From Nanobdellota archaeon (GTDB lineage: Archaea > Nanobdellota > Nanobdellia > Woesearchaeales > SKGA01), in assembly GCA_051819805.1 (NCBI GenBank), contig JBNJHD010000004.1, positions 1 to 55,760 of the forward strand: a stretch of DNA of 55,760 bases, in the 5' to 3' direction. This document shows positions 1-10,050 of this stretch, one piece after another. The notes below the pieces were generated by a model that was given only the letters and a program-made list of their open reading frames with translations, made no database searches and was not told where the DNA came from. The position numbers were made by a program, and so were the translations under genes. Positions within the stretch are counted from its first letter, which is position 1, and each line of letters opens with the position of its first letter.

Positions 1-1
1 A

Positions 2-106
2 GCAATCGTCCGTGCGATAAAAGCTCTCAAAGAAAATGCGTTTTCAGGAACACAAATTCCGAAAAAACTTATTCCAAAAGACTATGTCAAGATATATGGC
101 TATTAA
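2..106 (+). CDS. 3' end of a small ORF (partial at window edge), resembling the N-terminal half of an archaeal RelE-like protein; possibly truncated
   Basis: Frame reads AIVRAIKALKENAFSGTQIPKKLIPKDYVKIYGY*. The L.ENxFxGxQIPKKLIPKxY motif is recalled from small DPANN RelE-like proteins. Confidence 0.4.
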   Translation, partial: AIVRAIKALKENAFSGTQIPKKLIPKDYVKIYGY

Positions 107-131
107 TTAAAGAATTGATTAAAGAAAAAAA

Positions 132-1391
132 TCATTTCCACCTAGCGTATAGTGCCTGTTTACCGAGTTCTTCTTCAATGCGCAGCAGTCGATTATACTT
201 AGCGATCCTGTCGCTTCTGCATGGCGCTCCGAGCTTGATCTGACCACTACCAAGCGCAACTGATAAATCAGCGATGAAGTCATCTTCAGTCTCGCCGCTC
301 CGGTGCGAGACCATGACCTTCCAGCCCGCTTCCTTTGCCACTCGAGCCGCTTCAAGGCTTTCTGTGATGCTTCCTATCTGGTTGATCTTGAGAAGGAGTG
401 CGTTGCAGAGTTTCTGATCCACAGCCAGTTGCACTCGCGCCGGATTGGTCACTGTCAGGTCATCGCCCACGATCTGGAACTTGTCAGCATATGCAGCTGT
501 GAATCTCTTCCACGCCTCGAAATCATCTTGTTCGAACGGATCCTCTAGTGAAATCAGCCGATAATCACGAGACAGCTTACCATAATATGCCTTGAGTTTC
601 TCTGCCGTCCACTTCTTGCTCGTGTACGTTCCGTCCTTGTTGTAGAACTCGCTTGATGCAGGGTCCATGGCGAACGCTATCTTGCCGTCATACCCTGCTT
701 TTTTCACTGCAAGGGATAATATCTTGAGCGCTTCTCTGGCATCTTCGACTGGTGGTGCGAATCCTCCTTCATCCCCGACGCTTGTCGCGTCCTTTCCATA
801 CTTCTTTGCGATGATGGTCTTGAGCTCATGGTATGTCTCCACCACCATCTGCACTGCCTTCGAGAAATTCGGTGCCTTGTATGGTACGATCATGAATTCC
901 TGCATCTCAAGCTTGTTTCCGGCGTGCACTCCGCCGTTGATGACATTGGCGAACGGCACAGGCAGCAAGGATTTCTTCGTGCTTATGATTCCGGCAAGAT
1001 ACTTGTATAAGGGCATTTTCTTCGAGTCCGCATGTGCTCGTGCGAATGCCATGCTCACTGCCAGTATCGCATTCTCTCCGAGCCGTGCTTTCTGCGTCGT
1101 ACCGTCGAGTTCTATAAGGAATGTATCCAGCTCCTTGAGTGTCTTGAATTCCTTGCCGACAATCGCTTTCAAGATAGTAGTATTGATATTGCGGATTGCT
1201 TTTTGCACACTTTTCCCGTGATACGCCTTATTTCCATCCCTGAGCTCGAGCGCTTCATGGATTCCAGTTGACGCTCCACTTGGCACGATCGCCTTCCCGA
1301 AACCAGTAGTCAGAGTGACTTCCGCTTCTACTGTAGGATTTCCTCGTGAATCGAGGACTTGCCGTGCATGGACCTTCTTGATCTTTACCAT
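132..1391 (-). CDS. eno: Enolase (phosphopyruvate hydratase)
   Basis: DSRGNPTVE, VPSGASTG, GDEGGFAP, VGDDL, SHRSGET motifs; AGGTGA RBS upstream of ATG at 1391. Confidence 0.97.
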   Translation of the reverse strand: MVKIKKVHARQVLDSRGNPTVEAEVTLTTGFGKAIVPSGASTGIHEALELRDGNKAYHGKSVQKAIRNINTTILKAIVGKEFKTLKELDTFLIELDGTTQKARLGENAILAVSMAFARAHADSKKMPLYKYLAGIISTKKSLLPVPFANVINGGVHAGNKLEMQEFMIVPYKAPNFSKAVQMVVETYHELKTIIAKKYGKDATSVGDEGGFAPPVEDAREALKILSLAVKKAGYDGKIAFAMDPASSEFYNKDGTYTSKKWTAEKLKAYYGKLSRDYRLISLEDPFEQDDFEAWKRFTAAYADKFQIVGDDLTVTNPARVQLAVDQKLCNALLLKINQIGSITESLEAARVAKEAGWKVMVSHRSGETEDDFIADLSVALGSGQIKLGAPCRSDRIAKYNRLLRIEEELGKQALYARWK

Positions 1392-1414
1392 TCTTGTAAT
1401 CACCTATATGAAAC

Positions 1415-1462
1415 TCATGTTCTATTAATAGTATATGCTCGAACCAAATATTGTTTTACCAG
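1415..1462 (-). repeat. Diverged duplicate of the last ~15 codons of glgP
   Basis: Reads LVKQYLVRAYTINRT*, versus glgP MAKQYLVRAYTVTRD*; changes within KQYLVRAYT are synonymous. Confidence 0.8.
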
Positions 1463-1525
1463 CCAGTCACGTCCAGGCACACGAGGCGAGGATGAAGCTT
1501 CGCTTCACCGCACCAATATTCTTGA

Positions 1526-3265
1526 TCAGTCTCGCGTAACGGTGTACGCTCGGACTAAGTATTGTTTTGCCATACGGTGCGTGTTGAAGTAACTCGCGTT
1601 GATCGCGATCGCGTTTCTCATGACTTCAGCGTATTTCTTCGGATCATCATAATACAATGGCAGTATCTTGTCAGCGAGCTGCGTGTACAGATCATCTGCA
1701 TCCTTGCCATCCACAGTCTCCCTATCATGCTCAGGTCTGTTTTCCGGCCCTATGCTCCAGCCAGTCACTCCTTCGATGAGCCCTTCAATCCACCAACCAT
1801 CAGGTATTGACAAGCTCGGTATCCCGTTGTGCGCTGCTTTCATCCCGCTCGTTCCGCTCGCTTCAAGCGGTCGTTGCGGAGTGTTGAGCCAGAGGTCGAC
1901 TCCGCTCGTGAGCAGTTGCCCGAGGTGCATGTTATAATTCTCGAGGAACACGAACCTTACCGCAGGTTCCAAATCGTTTCCGAGTTCTTTGATATGTTGT
2001 ATGATCTTCTTCCCGTGCTCATCCCGAGGATGGGCTTTACCTGCGAAGACGAGTTGTATCTTGCCGACTTTGCGGCTTATCTCTTTGAAACGTTTCACAT
2101 CCCTGAAGAGCAGTTCCGCTCGCTTGTACGCTGTCGCTCGCCTGGCGAACCCTATCGTGAACGTGTCAGGATCGAATCCTTTGTTCATTGTCGTATTGAT
2201 ATACTCTATAAGTTCTTCTTTCGCTTTCTTGTGAGCTTCAAGCAGTTCCCCTCGCGGTATCTTGAGTGCGCTTCGTAGCTCTAGCGGGTTCGTCCGCCAG
2301 TCGATGATATGCTTGTCAAAGAGTGATGCGATGTGCTTTCCAGTCCACGTCGTGCTATGCACTCCGTTCGTGATATAATCGATCTCTTCGCCGGGAAACA
2401 TCTGTTTCGTGACTATTTGGTGTTTTCTTGCTACAGCATTCGTGTATGAAGTAGTTGCCAGAGCAAGTTTTGTCATGCTGAAATTCTCACCTTCATATGC
2501 TGAACCTGCGATGGTCTCGTCATAGACCTCTCCGAGCGCTTTCTTGACTTCAACTATAGGAAAAGAATCATGTCCTGCCTTGACCGGCGTGTGCGTGGTA
2601 AATGAGATTGATTTTCGAACCAGTGCTTGACAATCATGCGTTTGCACATTGGCATCGCAGAGTCGTCGTGCCAACTCAAATGCAATAAACGCTGCGTGTC
2701 CTTCATTGAGATGATATTTCCTTGGAGTATAACCGAGCGCTTGAAGCATCCTCGCTCCGCCGATACCAAGCACCACTTCCTGAAGTAACCTATAATGGAC
2801 GTCTCCCCCGTAGAGATGCCCAGTAAGTTTCTGATCCTCATCATTGTTCTCTTCAAGATTCGTATCGAGAAATAGTATCGGAATCGTATGACCATCAAGT
2901 CCTTCAAGATCGTATCTCCACACTCCGACCTTGACAGCCCTGCCTTCGATGTTAACAGTGATTGTCGTATCGAGTTTCGTGAGCTGTTCTTCAGGATTCC
3001 ACTTGTAATCCTCTTCATATTGGTGTCCATGTTCATCGAATTTCTGATAGAAATAGCCTTTCTCGCTGAGCATCGTGACCGCTACGACATCAACACCTAT
3101 ATCAGCCATTGACTTGAGCGTATCACCTGCCAGGATGCCGAGTCCACCACTGTATGTGGGTATCTCCGGCTTGAACCCTATCTCCATGCTGAAATACGCT
3201 ATTTGGTGCGGGTCTGCTGCTTTTGTCAAGTGCTCCTGCTCTGTTCTCTCCTGCTCTTGTGCCAT
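1526..3265 (-). CDS. glgP: Alpha-glucan (glycogen/maltodextrin) phosphorylase
   Basis: AYFSMEIG, YSGGLGILAGD, HLNEGH, GFARRATAYKR, EASGTSGMK (PLP lysine). Confidence 0.96.
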   Translation of the reverse strand: MAQEQERTEQEHLTKAADPHQIAYFSMEIGFKPEIPTYSGGLGILAGDTLKSMADIGVDVVAVTMLSEKGYFYQKFDEHGHQYEEDYKWNPEEQLTKLDTTITVNIEGRAVKVGVWRYDLEGLDGHTIPILFLDTNLEENNDEDQKLTGHLYGGDVHYRLLQEVVLGIGGARMLQALGYTPRKYHLNEGHAAFIAFELARRLCDANVQTHDCQALVRKSISFTTHTPVKAGHDSFPIVEVKKALGEVYDETIAGSAYEGENFSMTKLALATTSYTNAVARKHQIVTKQMFPGEEIDYITNGVHSTTWTGKHIASLFDKHIIDWRTNPLELRSALKIPRGELLEAHKKAKEELIEYINTTMNKGFDPDTFTIGFARRATAYKRAELLFRDVKRFKEISRKVGKIQLVFAGKAHPRDEHGKKIIQHIKELGNDLEPAVRFVFLENYNMHLGQLLTSGVDLWLNTPQRPLEASGTSGMKAAHNGIPSLSIPDGWWIEGLIEGVTGWSIGPENRPEHDRETVDGKDADDLYTQLADKILPLYYDDPKKYAEVMRNAIAINASYFNTHRMAKQYLVRAYTVTRD

Positions 3266-3309
3266 ACTATCACGTCTTCGGGATTGTGGTATTTATAATT
3301 CTTTGCCAG

Positions 3310-3462
3310 TCACTTCGTGACGAGGATGACGATACCACTGACAATCGTGAGTATGTTGACAATAGTTACTAGCATCCCGAAACCGATTCCCAGAAACGGC
3401 AGCATTCCGATGATGATAAGAAATATCCCTATGAATTTGTGCATATCAAATTTCTTAGCCAT
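3310..3462 (-). CDS. Small two-helix membrane protein (50 aa)
   Basis: MAKKFDMHKFIGIFLIIIGMLPFLGIGFGMLVTIVNILTIVSGIVILVTK*; GAGGTGA RBS; below the ORF-track size cutoff. Confidence 0.7.
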   Translation of the reverse strand: MAKKFDMHKFIGIFLIIIGMLPFLGIGFGMLVTIVNILTIVSGIVILVTK

Positions 3463-3609
3463 AGTAGCAATTCACCTCGTTTGACAAGTCAAGCGTTAAA
3501 GGCTTGACTGCTCTATATTAAGAGTAATGATATTTTTAAATGTATCGAGGAAATGAATAAGAACAAAAACGAAAACAGGACTAGAAAAAGAAATGAAAAA
3601 TAAAAAAAA

Positions 3610-6237
3610 CTAATTCTCTTCTTTCAATTTCGCATGAGCAGCTGCAAGACGCGCAATAGGCACACGATAAGGAGAACAACTGACGTAATTCAATCCAGTC
3701 CTATGGCAAAATTCCACGCTTGATGGTTCGCCGCCATGCTCGCCACAGATGCCTACTTTGAGATTCTTATTGACACTACGACCTTTCTTCACACCCATCT
3801 CAACGAGCTGTCCGACACCAGTCTGATCGAGCACCTGGAACGGATCGTACTCGAGTAAGCCTTTATCGATGTATTGCGGCACGAACGTGCCGACATCATC
3901 GCGTGAGAAGCCGAGTGTCATCTGCGTGAGATCGTTCGTTCCGAAGCTGAAAAACTCCGCTGATTCAGCGACCTTATCTGCAGTGAGCGCTGCACGAGGC
4001 ACTTCGATCATCGTTCCGATCTTATAGCTCACAACATCACTTGAAGAGATAGTCTCCTCAGCGATCGTTTTCACGATATCTTTCTGGTTGTCGAATTCTT
4101 TGACATTCCCTATGAGAGGAATCATTACTTCCACTTCAATCGTGTTGCCATCAGCTGCTACTTCCTGTGCTGCTTCAAAGATAGCAACGGACTGCATCTC
4201 GGTGATTTCCGGATAGGTGATACCGAGCCGGCAGCCACGATGTCCGAGCATAGGGTTGACTTCCTCAAGTTTTTCGATGAGTTCATGGATCTTTTTCTCG
4301 CTCACTCCCTGCTCGTGTGCCATCTGCTTGATATCCTCTTTCTCTTTTGGCATGAACTCGTGAAGCGGTGGATCGAGCAGTCGTATCGTGATCGGCTTTC
4401 CCTTCATGATCTCGAAGAGTTGCTTGAAGTCATCTTTCTGGAATGGCTTGATCTTGTCAAGAGCAGCTTTCCGTTTCTCCTTAGTATCTGACAGGATCAT
4501 CTCACGAACCGCTTTGATGCGTTCTCCTTCAAAGAACATGTGTTCAGTCCGGCACAATCCGATACCTTCCGCTCCGAACTCGAGCGCTTTCTTCGCGTCC
4601 CGTGGCGTTTCTGCGTTGGTTCTCACCTTCATGGTCCTGTGCTTGTCAGCCCACTCCATGATCTTCGCGAATGAACCTGAGAGGTCAGGATCGACTGTCG
4701 GCACTTGTCCTTCATAGACTGTTCCTTCAGTTCCATCAAGACTCAAGTAGTCTCCTTCGTTGAATGTCTTTCCATCGAAGGTCACTGTCTTAGCAGACTC
4801 ATCGACTTGCGCGTCACCGCATCCTGAGATGCAGCATTTTCCCATACCTCGAGCGACGACTGCCGCGTGGCTTGTCATGCCGCCTTTCGCTGTAAGTATT
4901 CCTTTTGCAGCATCCATTCCGATGAGGTCTTCAGGGCTCGTATCGTTTCTGACGAGAATGACATTCTCCCCTGCTTCTTTCATCTTCACAGCCGCATCGT
5001 TTGAGAACGCTATCTTTCCCACTGCGGCTCCAGGGCTTGCCGGCAAGCCTTTACCGAGTGTCTTATGCTTGTCTTTAGCCACCTTGTCGAGTTGTTGGTG
5101 AAGGAGCTGATCGAGTGCTTTCGGATCGATGCGCAGCACTGCAGTCTTTTCATCGATAAGTCCTTCATCGACCATGTCTGCTGCAATCTTGACAGCCGCG
5201 TGCGCTGTCCGTTTCCCATTTCTGGTCTGGAGCATGTAAAGCGTTCCTTCTTGGATGGTGAACTCCATGTCCTGCATGTCCTTGTAGTGGCTCTCGAGAT
5301 TCTTGTAGATAGTAACCAATTGGTCATAGACTTCAGGCATCAGATCCTTGAGTGTGGATATCGGTTTTGGTGTACGTATTCCTGCAACGACATCCTCTCC
5401 TTGTGCGTCCATGAGGTATTCGCCGTAAAAGACGTTCTCCCCGGTTGATGGATCGCGTGTGAATGCCACTCCTGTCCCGCTTGTCTTGCCCATGTTTCCG
5501 AAGACCATCGCCTGCACGTTGACCGCTGTTCCTTTGAGTCCTGTGATGTTGTTGAGTCGTCGGTATGCGATCGCACGATCATTATTCCACGAGCCAAAGA
5601 CCGCATCGATCGCTTTGAAGAGTTGCTCGCGCGCATCTTGCGGGAATGGTTCTCCAGCATTCTCTTCGATGATCGTCTTGAATTGCTTGACTGCGTTTTT
5701 CAGATCATCGACATCAAGATCCTTATCGAACTGCACTCCTTTTGTCTCTTTGATCTGTTCAAGGACGTGTTCGAACTTGCTTGCCTTGACTTCGAGAACG
5801 ACATCTCCGAACATCTGCAGTAGTCGTCTGTATGAGTCCCATGCGAATCGTTCATTGCCTGACTTTTCTGCCAGTCCTTTGACGACCTCATCGTTGAGCC
5901 CGAGGTTGAGGATCGTATCCATCATCCCCGGCATCGATTGTGCAGCTCCGCTTCGCACAGAGAGAAGTAGCGGTTCGCTCCTGCTACCGAGACTTGCTTT
6001 CATCTCCCCCTCGAGTGTCTTGAGATGATCGAGAATCTCGCTTCTGGTTTCTTCAGGTAGCGTGTTGTTGTTATTGTTGTATTCTTCACAGGTTTCCGTG
6101 GTGATCGTGAATCCAGACGGTACTGGAACGCCGATGTTTGCCATCTCTGCTAAGTTTGCGCCTTTGCCGCCAAGAAGACTTTTCAATTCCCGTCTTCCTT
6201 CTGTCTTATTGTTGCCGAAAAAATAGACGTGTTTCAT
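3610..6237 (-). CDS. ppdK: Pyruvate, phosphate dikinase
   Basis: LLGGKGANLAEM, SVRSGA, GGMTSHAAVVAR (phospho-His), FSFGTNDLTQ, GICGEHGG. Confidence 0.97.
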   Translation of the reverse strand: MKHVYFFGNNKTEGRRELKSLLGGKGANLAEMANIGVPVPSGFTITTETCEEYNNNNNTLPEETRSEILDHLKTLEGEMKASLGSRSEPLLLSVRSGAAQSMPGMMDTILNLGLNDEVVKGLAEKSGNERFAWDSYRRLLQMFGDVVLEVKASKFEHVLEQIKETKGVQFDKDLDVDDLKNAVKQFKTIIEENAGEPFPQDAREQLFKAIDAVFGSWNNDRAIAYRRLNNITGLKGTAVNVQAMVFGNMGKTSGTGVAFTRDPSTGENVFYGEYLMDAQGEDVVAGIRTPKPISTLKDLMPEVYDQLVTIYKNLESHYKDMQDMEFTIQEGTLYMLQTRNGKRTAHAAVKIAADMVDEGLIDEKTAVLRIDPKALDQLLHQQLDKVAKDKHKTLGKGLPASPGAAVGKIAFSNDAAVKMKEAGENVILVRNDTSPEDLIGMDAAKGILTAKGGMTSHAAVVARGMGKCCISGCGDAQVDESAKTVTFDGKTFNEGDYLSLDGTEGTVYEGQVPTVDPDLSGSFAKIMEWADKHRTMKVRTNAETPRDAKKALEFGAEGIGLCRTEHMFFEGERIKAVREMILSDTKEKRKAALDKIKPFQKDDFKQLFEIMKGKPITIRLLDPPLHEFMPKEKEDIKQMAHEQGVSEKKIHELIEKLEEVNPMLGHRGCRLGITYPEITEMQSVAIFEAAQEVAADGNTIEVEVMIPLIGNVKEFDNQKDIVKTIAEETISSSDVVSYKIGTMIEVPRAALTADKVAESAEFFSFGTNDLTQMTLGFSRDDVGTFVPQYIDKGLLEYDPFQVLDQTGVGQLVEMGVKKGRSVNKNLKVGICGEHGGEPSSVEFCHRTGLNYVSCSPYRVPIARLAAAHAKLKEEN

Positions 6238-6502
6238 TCTATAATATACCCCTCACTATATACACATCACCTCCAATTCTCACTCTTTTATATGTGTTAT
6301 GGTGATGAGAATTGTGCTCGAAATGGACAAGACAGATATTACTTTAAGAGAATAGTATGAGAACAGTTGAGCGCGAGATGTAATAACTCCAGCATTATAG
6401 TGCGAGTGTTCGGATCAAGTTTCACTGTTGGATGCGATGAAAGATTCTGGCAACGTAAAACCACAACCTTTTATAAAAGAACGCTGCCTACCAGATAGTA
6501 TC

Positions 6503-7501
6503 ATGGGAGACTTACCCTTCGAACGCATGGACAGACAAGTGCTTGTCAGACAGGAATCAAAAACAAGTCTTGACTTCGGGAAATCACCTGACAATTACAC
6601 GATCAAAGAACTGCTTGAATGTGGCATTATCAATGTTGATAAGCCGAGCGGACCGACAAGCCATCAGGTGAGCGCGTTCGTCCAGAAGATTCTTGATATC
6701 GATAAGTCAGGCCATTCAGGAACGCTCGACCCTAAAGTCACAGGAGTCCTTCCTGTCGCTCTCGACAAGGGAACCCGTGTCGTCCAATCACTTCTCACGG
6801 CAGGTAAGGAGTATGTGTGTCTCATGCATCTCCATGAACCTTTTGATGAAACCAAGCTCAGGGAAGTCATCAAGAACCAGTTCACCGGTAAGATCAAGCA
6901 GATGCCACCAGCAAAGTCTGCTGTCAAGCGTCGTAATCGTTTCAGAAAAATCTATTATTTCGAGATTCTCGAGATCAAGAATCAGGATGTCCTGTTCAGA
7001 GTAGGCACACAGGCAGGAACGTATATCCGTAAGTTGTGTCATGACATAGGCGTTGCAATGGGATCAGGTGCTCACATGGCCGAGCTTCGTCGTACGAAGG
7101 CAGGACCATTTCAAGAGTCAGAAGAGTTGTGCACCTTGCAGGATCTCGCTGACGCGTATCATTATTATAAGGAAAACCAGGATGAGACAAAGCTCAAGAA
7201 GCTCATCCATCCTATCGAGTTCGGCGTCCGCCACTTGCCTAAAGTATGGGTGACCGACACGACTGTCAACACCTTGTGTAATGGTGCAAGCCTGAAAGTA
7301 CCTGGCATCGCTAAAGTGGAGAGTGACATCCAAGTCGGAGAGCCAGTCGCTATCATGACGCTGAAAAACGAGCTTATCAGCGTTGCTGAAAGCATGATGA
7401 TTTCTAAAGATATGGTGTCAAAAGATCGTGGCATGGCATGTAGACCCCAACAAGTGTTCATGAGACCTGGTTTGTATCCTAAGATCGAGAAGAAGAGTTG
7501 A
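6503..7501 (+). CDS. cbf5: H/ACA RNA-guided pseudouridine synthase Cbf5 (TruB family with PUA domain)
   Basis: DKPSGPTSHQV, GHSGTLDPKVTG, GTYIRKLCHD, C-terminal PUA domain. Confidence 0.95.
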   Translation: MGDLPFERMDRQVLVRQESKTSLDFGKSPDNYTIKELLECGIINVDKPSGPTSHQVSAFVQKILDIDKSGHSGTLDPKVTGVLPVALDKGTRVVQSLLTAGKEYVCLMHLHEPFDETKLREVIKNQFTGKIKQMPPAKSAVKRRNRFRKIYYFEILEIKNQDVLFRVGTQAGTYIRKLCHDIGVAMGSGAHMAELRRTKAGPFQESEELCTLQDLADAYHYYKENQDETKLKKLIHPIEFGVRHLPKVWVTDTTVNTLCNGASLKVPGIAKVESDIQVGEPVAIMTLKNELISVAESMMISKDMVSKDRGMACRPQQVFMRPGLYPKIEKKS

Positions 7502-7666
7502 TCATTTCCTAATAGATTTCTTTCAATATAAGATATTCTAGTTGAAAATATATACAAATAACGTTTCTAGAAAAAAGCATTCAAGAAGAAATGAGAACTA
7601 CCATTCAAGAATGTGCTAGACTAAAATAAATAAAGAAAATAAAAAAGAGTGGTTGTGCGTGCAACC

Positions 7667-10018
7667 TTATTTCTTAGCCGGAGGATGTGCCGCTCCGTAG
7701 ATGAGATATCCGATACCGACGAGAAGTCCTACGACAACCAAGATCAGTAGCACCATGTAGCCAGTGCTTGATCTGAAGTTAGAGAATGTCGAGACTTCTT
7801 CACCATAGACCGGATTCGGAACAGGCTGACCTGTAGCACCATCACTTCCATCATCAGGGTTAGTGACTACAACACCATTATCACTACCTTCGCCATCAGT
7901 ATAGTCGTCATCATCTCCGGAACCAGTTCCGCAGACGACATCCAGAGCGATCGTTTTCTCATCGGAAAGCTCGTCATCATCGTAATATACTTCAATATCT
8001 ACGAAGTACGCTCCTTCTCGGAGATCATCTGGAAGTGAAATAGTGACTGTTTCAGTCTCGTCATCCCCTTCATCTATTTCGATATCCCTGATTCGCTTGT
8101 ACCAATCCAGTTCTCCTTTTTTACTCACTATATTGAGCATCACTTCATCCTCATCGTTTTTACCGATATTTTTCATCGTGACTTCAAGATCGACTGTTCG
8201 GTCGTTACAATCAACAGGATCTCTTGAGAATTCCCAATCTTCAATGATGATTTCATGAGATTCTTTATCGATTTCCATATTGAATTCAAATTCATCATAG
8301 TGTTCAAAACCATGATCCCCATCATCAGCAAATGCTTCGATGATGATTCGTGAATCTTCTTCATCAGCATCGTCAGGGACAGTGAAAGTCACTTCAAAGG
8401 TTTCATCATCATCTTCTTTGATATCTTTCTCTGAAGATTCTTCATCAATCTCCCAATCTTCATCATCATAGACTTGGAAGAACGCATCTTCGAGTTCGAT
8501 ATCATCAGACGAACTATACCTATTCTCAAGCGTGACTGTAAGAATCACTGTATCTCCTATTTTCACATCAAGGTCTTCGCCATCACTGACAGTTTCATCA
8601 TCACCATCTATTTCAGCAACGACTTTATCGATCTTGAGCATGCTTTGCGCTTGCATGAGCACATCAATAGTATCTGTGACAGTAACAACATCACCTTGAG
8701 CAGCAACCTTGACTCGACCTATTTCTTTCTCACGAGCACTCGCATCAGCAGGTATGGTAAGCGTGACACTGACAGTAGTTGATTCTCCTGGAGCTAGTGA
8801 TGTTGCACTCGTGAATATTGAAGCTTCGTAATCCTCGTCCAGTTCAGAACCTGAAGTGCTTACTACTTCCACATCAATTCCAGTGATGGTTTGTGAACCA
8901 GTGTTTTCAAGAGTAAGATACTCAGTATATGTATCTCCCCGGTCAGCATTGGAGCCACCGAAAGTGACAGTATCAGAATCAAACTCAATATTTGGAACAT
9001 CTCTTTTTACCTCTACATCAAAAGATGCTTGAGTAGTAGAGTATCCGTCACTCACATTGACAGAGATTGTTTCAGTAGAGATAGCTGTCGGCATCCATCC
9101 GCTCAAGAGTCCCTCACTGCTCATCGCAAGACCTTCAGGTCCGGAGACAAGTGTGTATACGAGTTCTTGTCCTTCAGGATCATTAGAGACTGCAGCCACA
9201 TCATATGTGAATTCTTCTCCAATAACAACAACTTGGTTTTCAACATTGACAACTGGAGCTTCATTCGTGAGTTCTACAGTAATGTCTCCAATGTCAGTCA
9301 CTTCATCACTATTATCAAGATTGACTACCTGAAGAGTTCCAGTGTATGTTCCTGGTGTTTGTGAAGCATCAGTGGCCACAGTAACTTTCACATCATCATA
9401 TGTCATTCCTTTGCTTAAAGGAATTGTTGATGAAGGAAATACTGCATTGCTCATATCAATAGTTTCTGATTCTCCTTCAAGAGTAAGGTCAGTCGCTTGC
9501 AGTTGAATATCTGCATTGAGATCGCCAGTGTTTGACACGCTTCCGGATTGCATTTCTGCTTCTCCAGGATACATTGATAATGAATAGTCAGTTCCAGAGA
9601 ACGCGTATTCAAGAGCATGAACAGCGACGATGGAAAAACCCTCATCATTTGTCGCATTTGCATCGTCAGCTCCGTTTACGGTTATCTTGAACGTGTAATC
9701 ACCTTCAGAACTATAGGTGTGTGTCTGGAAGATGTATGTTTGATCATTCTCGTCAAGTGGAGGTAAAGGAACTGAAGAATACGTTCCATCTCCGAATGAG
9801 ATGTTCAGATGGTCATCCGCACCTGGAGAGACAGTCTCGTTTCCGATATTTCGGATAGTCGCGTTGAATCGGATTGATTCTCCGACTGTAGGATCAACAG
9901 TCTCTACATTGACCGAATCCACTGCCAAATCCCAATAGCCTAGTGCAAGACCAGGAACGAGCAGTGTGAAAAGCACCATTAATGGTAAAATTTTTGATGT
10001 CATTGTTTTCAACCTCAT
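7667..10018 (-). CDS. Acidic cell-surface/S-layer-like protein with CARDB/Ig-like repeats and a C-terminal membrane anchor
   Basis: Signal peptide; repeated (V/L)xNxG beta-sandwich motifs; cadherin-like DPEGQELVY..VSDG unit; very D/E-rich; C-terminal TM helix. Confidence 0.75.
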   Translation of the reverse strand: MRLKTMTSKILPLMVLFTLLVPGLALGYWDLAVDSVNVETVDPTVGESIRFNATIRNIGNETVSPGADDHLNISFGDGTYSSVPLPPLDENDQTYIFQTHTYSSEGDYTFKITVNGADDANATNDEGFSIVAVHALEYAFSGTDYSLSMYPGEAEMQSGSVSNTGDLNADIQLQATDLTLEGESETIDMSNAVFPSSTIPLSKGMTYDDVKVTVATDASQTPGTYTGTLQVVNLDNSDEVTDIGDITVELTNEAPVVNVENQVVVIGEEFTYDVAAVSNDPEGQELVYTLVSGPEGLAMSSEGLLSGWMPTAISTETISVNVSDGYSTTQASFDVEVKRDVPNIEFDSDTVTFGGSNADRGDTYTEYLTLENTGSQTITGIDVEVVSTSGSELDEDYEASIFTSATSLAPGESTTVSVTLTIPADASAREKEIGRVKVAAQGDVVTVTDTIDVLMQAQSMLKIDKVVAEIDGDDETVSDGEDLDVKIGDTVILTVTLENRYSSSDDIELEDAFFQVYDDEDWEIDEESSEKDIKEDDDETFEVTFTVPDDADEEDSRIIIEAFADDGDHGFEHYDEFEFNMEIDKESHEIIIEDWEFSRDPVDCNDRTVDLEVTMKNIGKNDEDEVMLNIVSKKGELDWYKRIRDIEIDEGDDETETVTISLPDDLREGAYFVDIEVYYDDDELSDEKTIALDVVCGTGSGDDDDYTDGEGSDNGVVVTNPDDGSDGATGQPVPNPVYGEEVSTFSNFRSSTGYMVLLILVVVGLLVGIGYLIYGAAHPPAKK

Positions 10019-10050
10019 TGTTGGTTTTTTCTCACATTACCTTAGTAATA

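Noticed and set aside
1415-1573. Diversity-generating retroelement TR/VR pair
   Set aside because: Too short, differences are mostly synonymous and not adenine-specific, and there is no reverse transcriptase in the window.
303-6028. Many 60-190 aa ORFs antisense to or nested in eno, glgP and ppdK (and likewise throughout the window)
   Set aside because: Shadow frames of well-supported genes, with no motifs of their own.
6265-6314. TrmB-type operator at the ppdK promoter
   Set aside because: Short inverted matches (CATCACC/GGTGATG, CAATTCTCA/TGAGAATTG) do not form TATCAC-N5-GTGATA and were not seen before eno, glgP or pyk.
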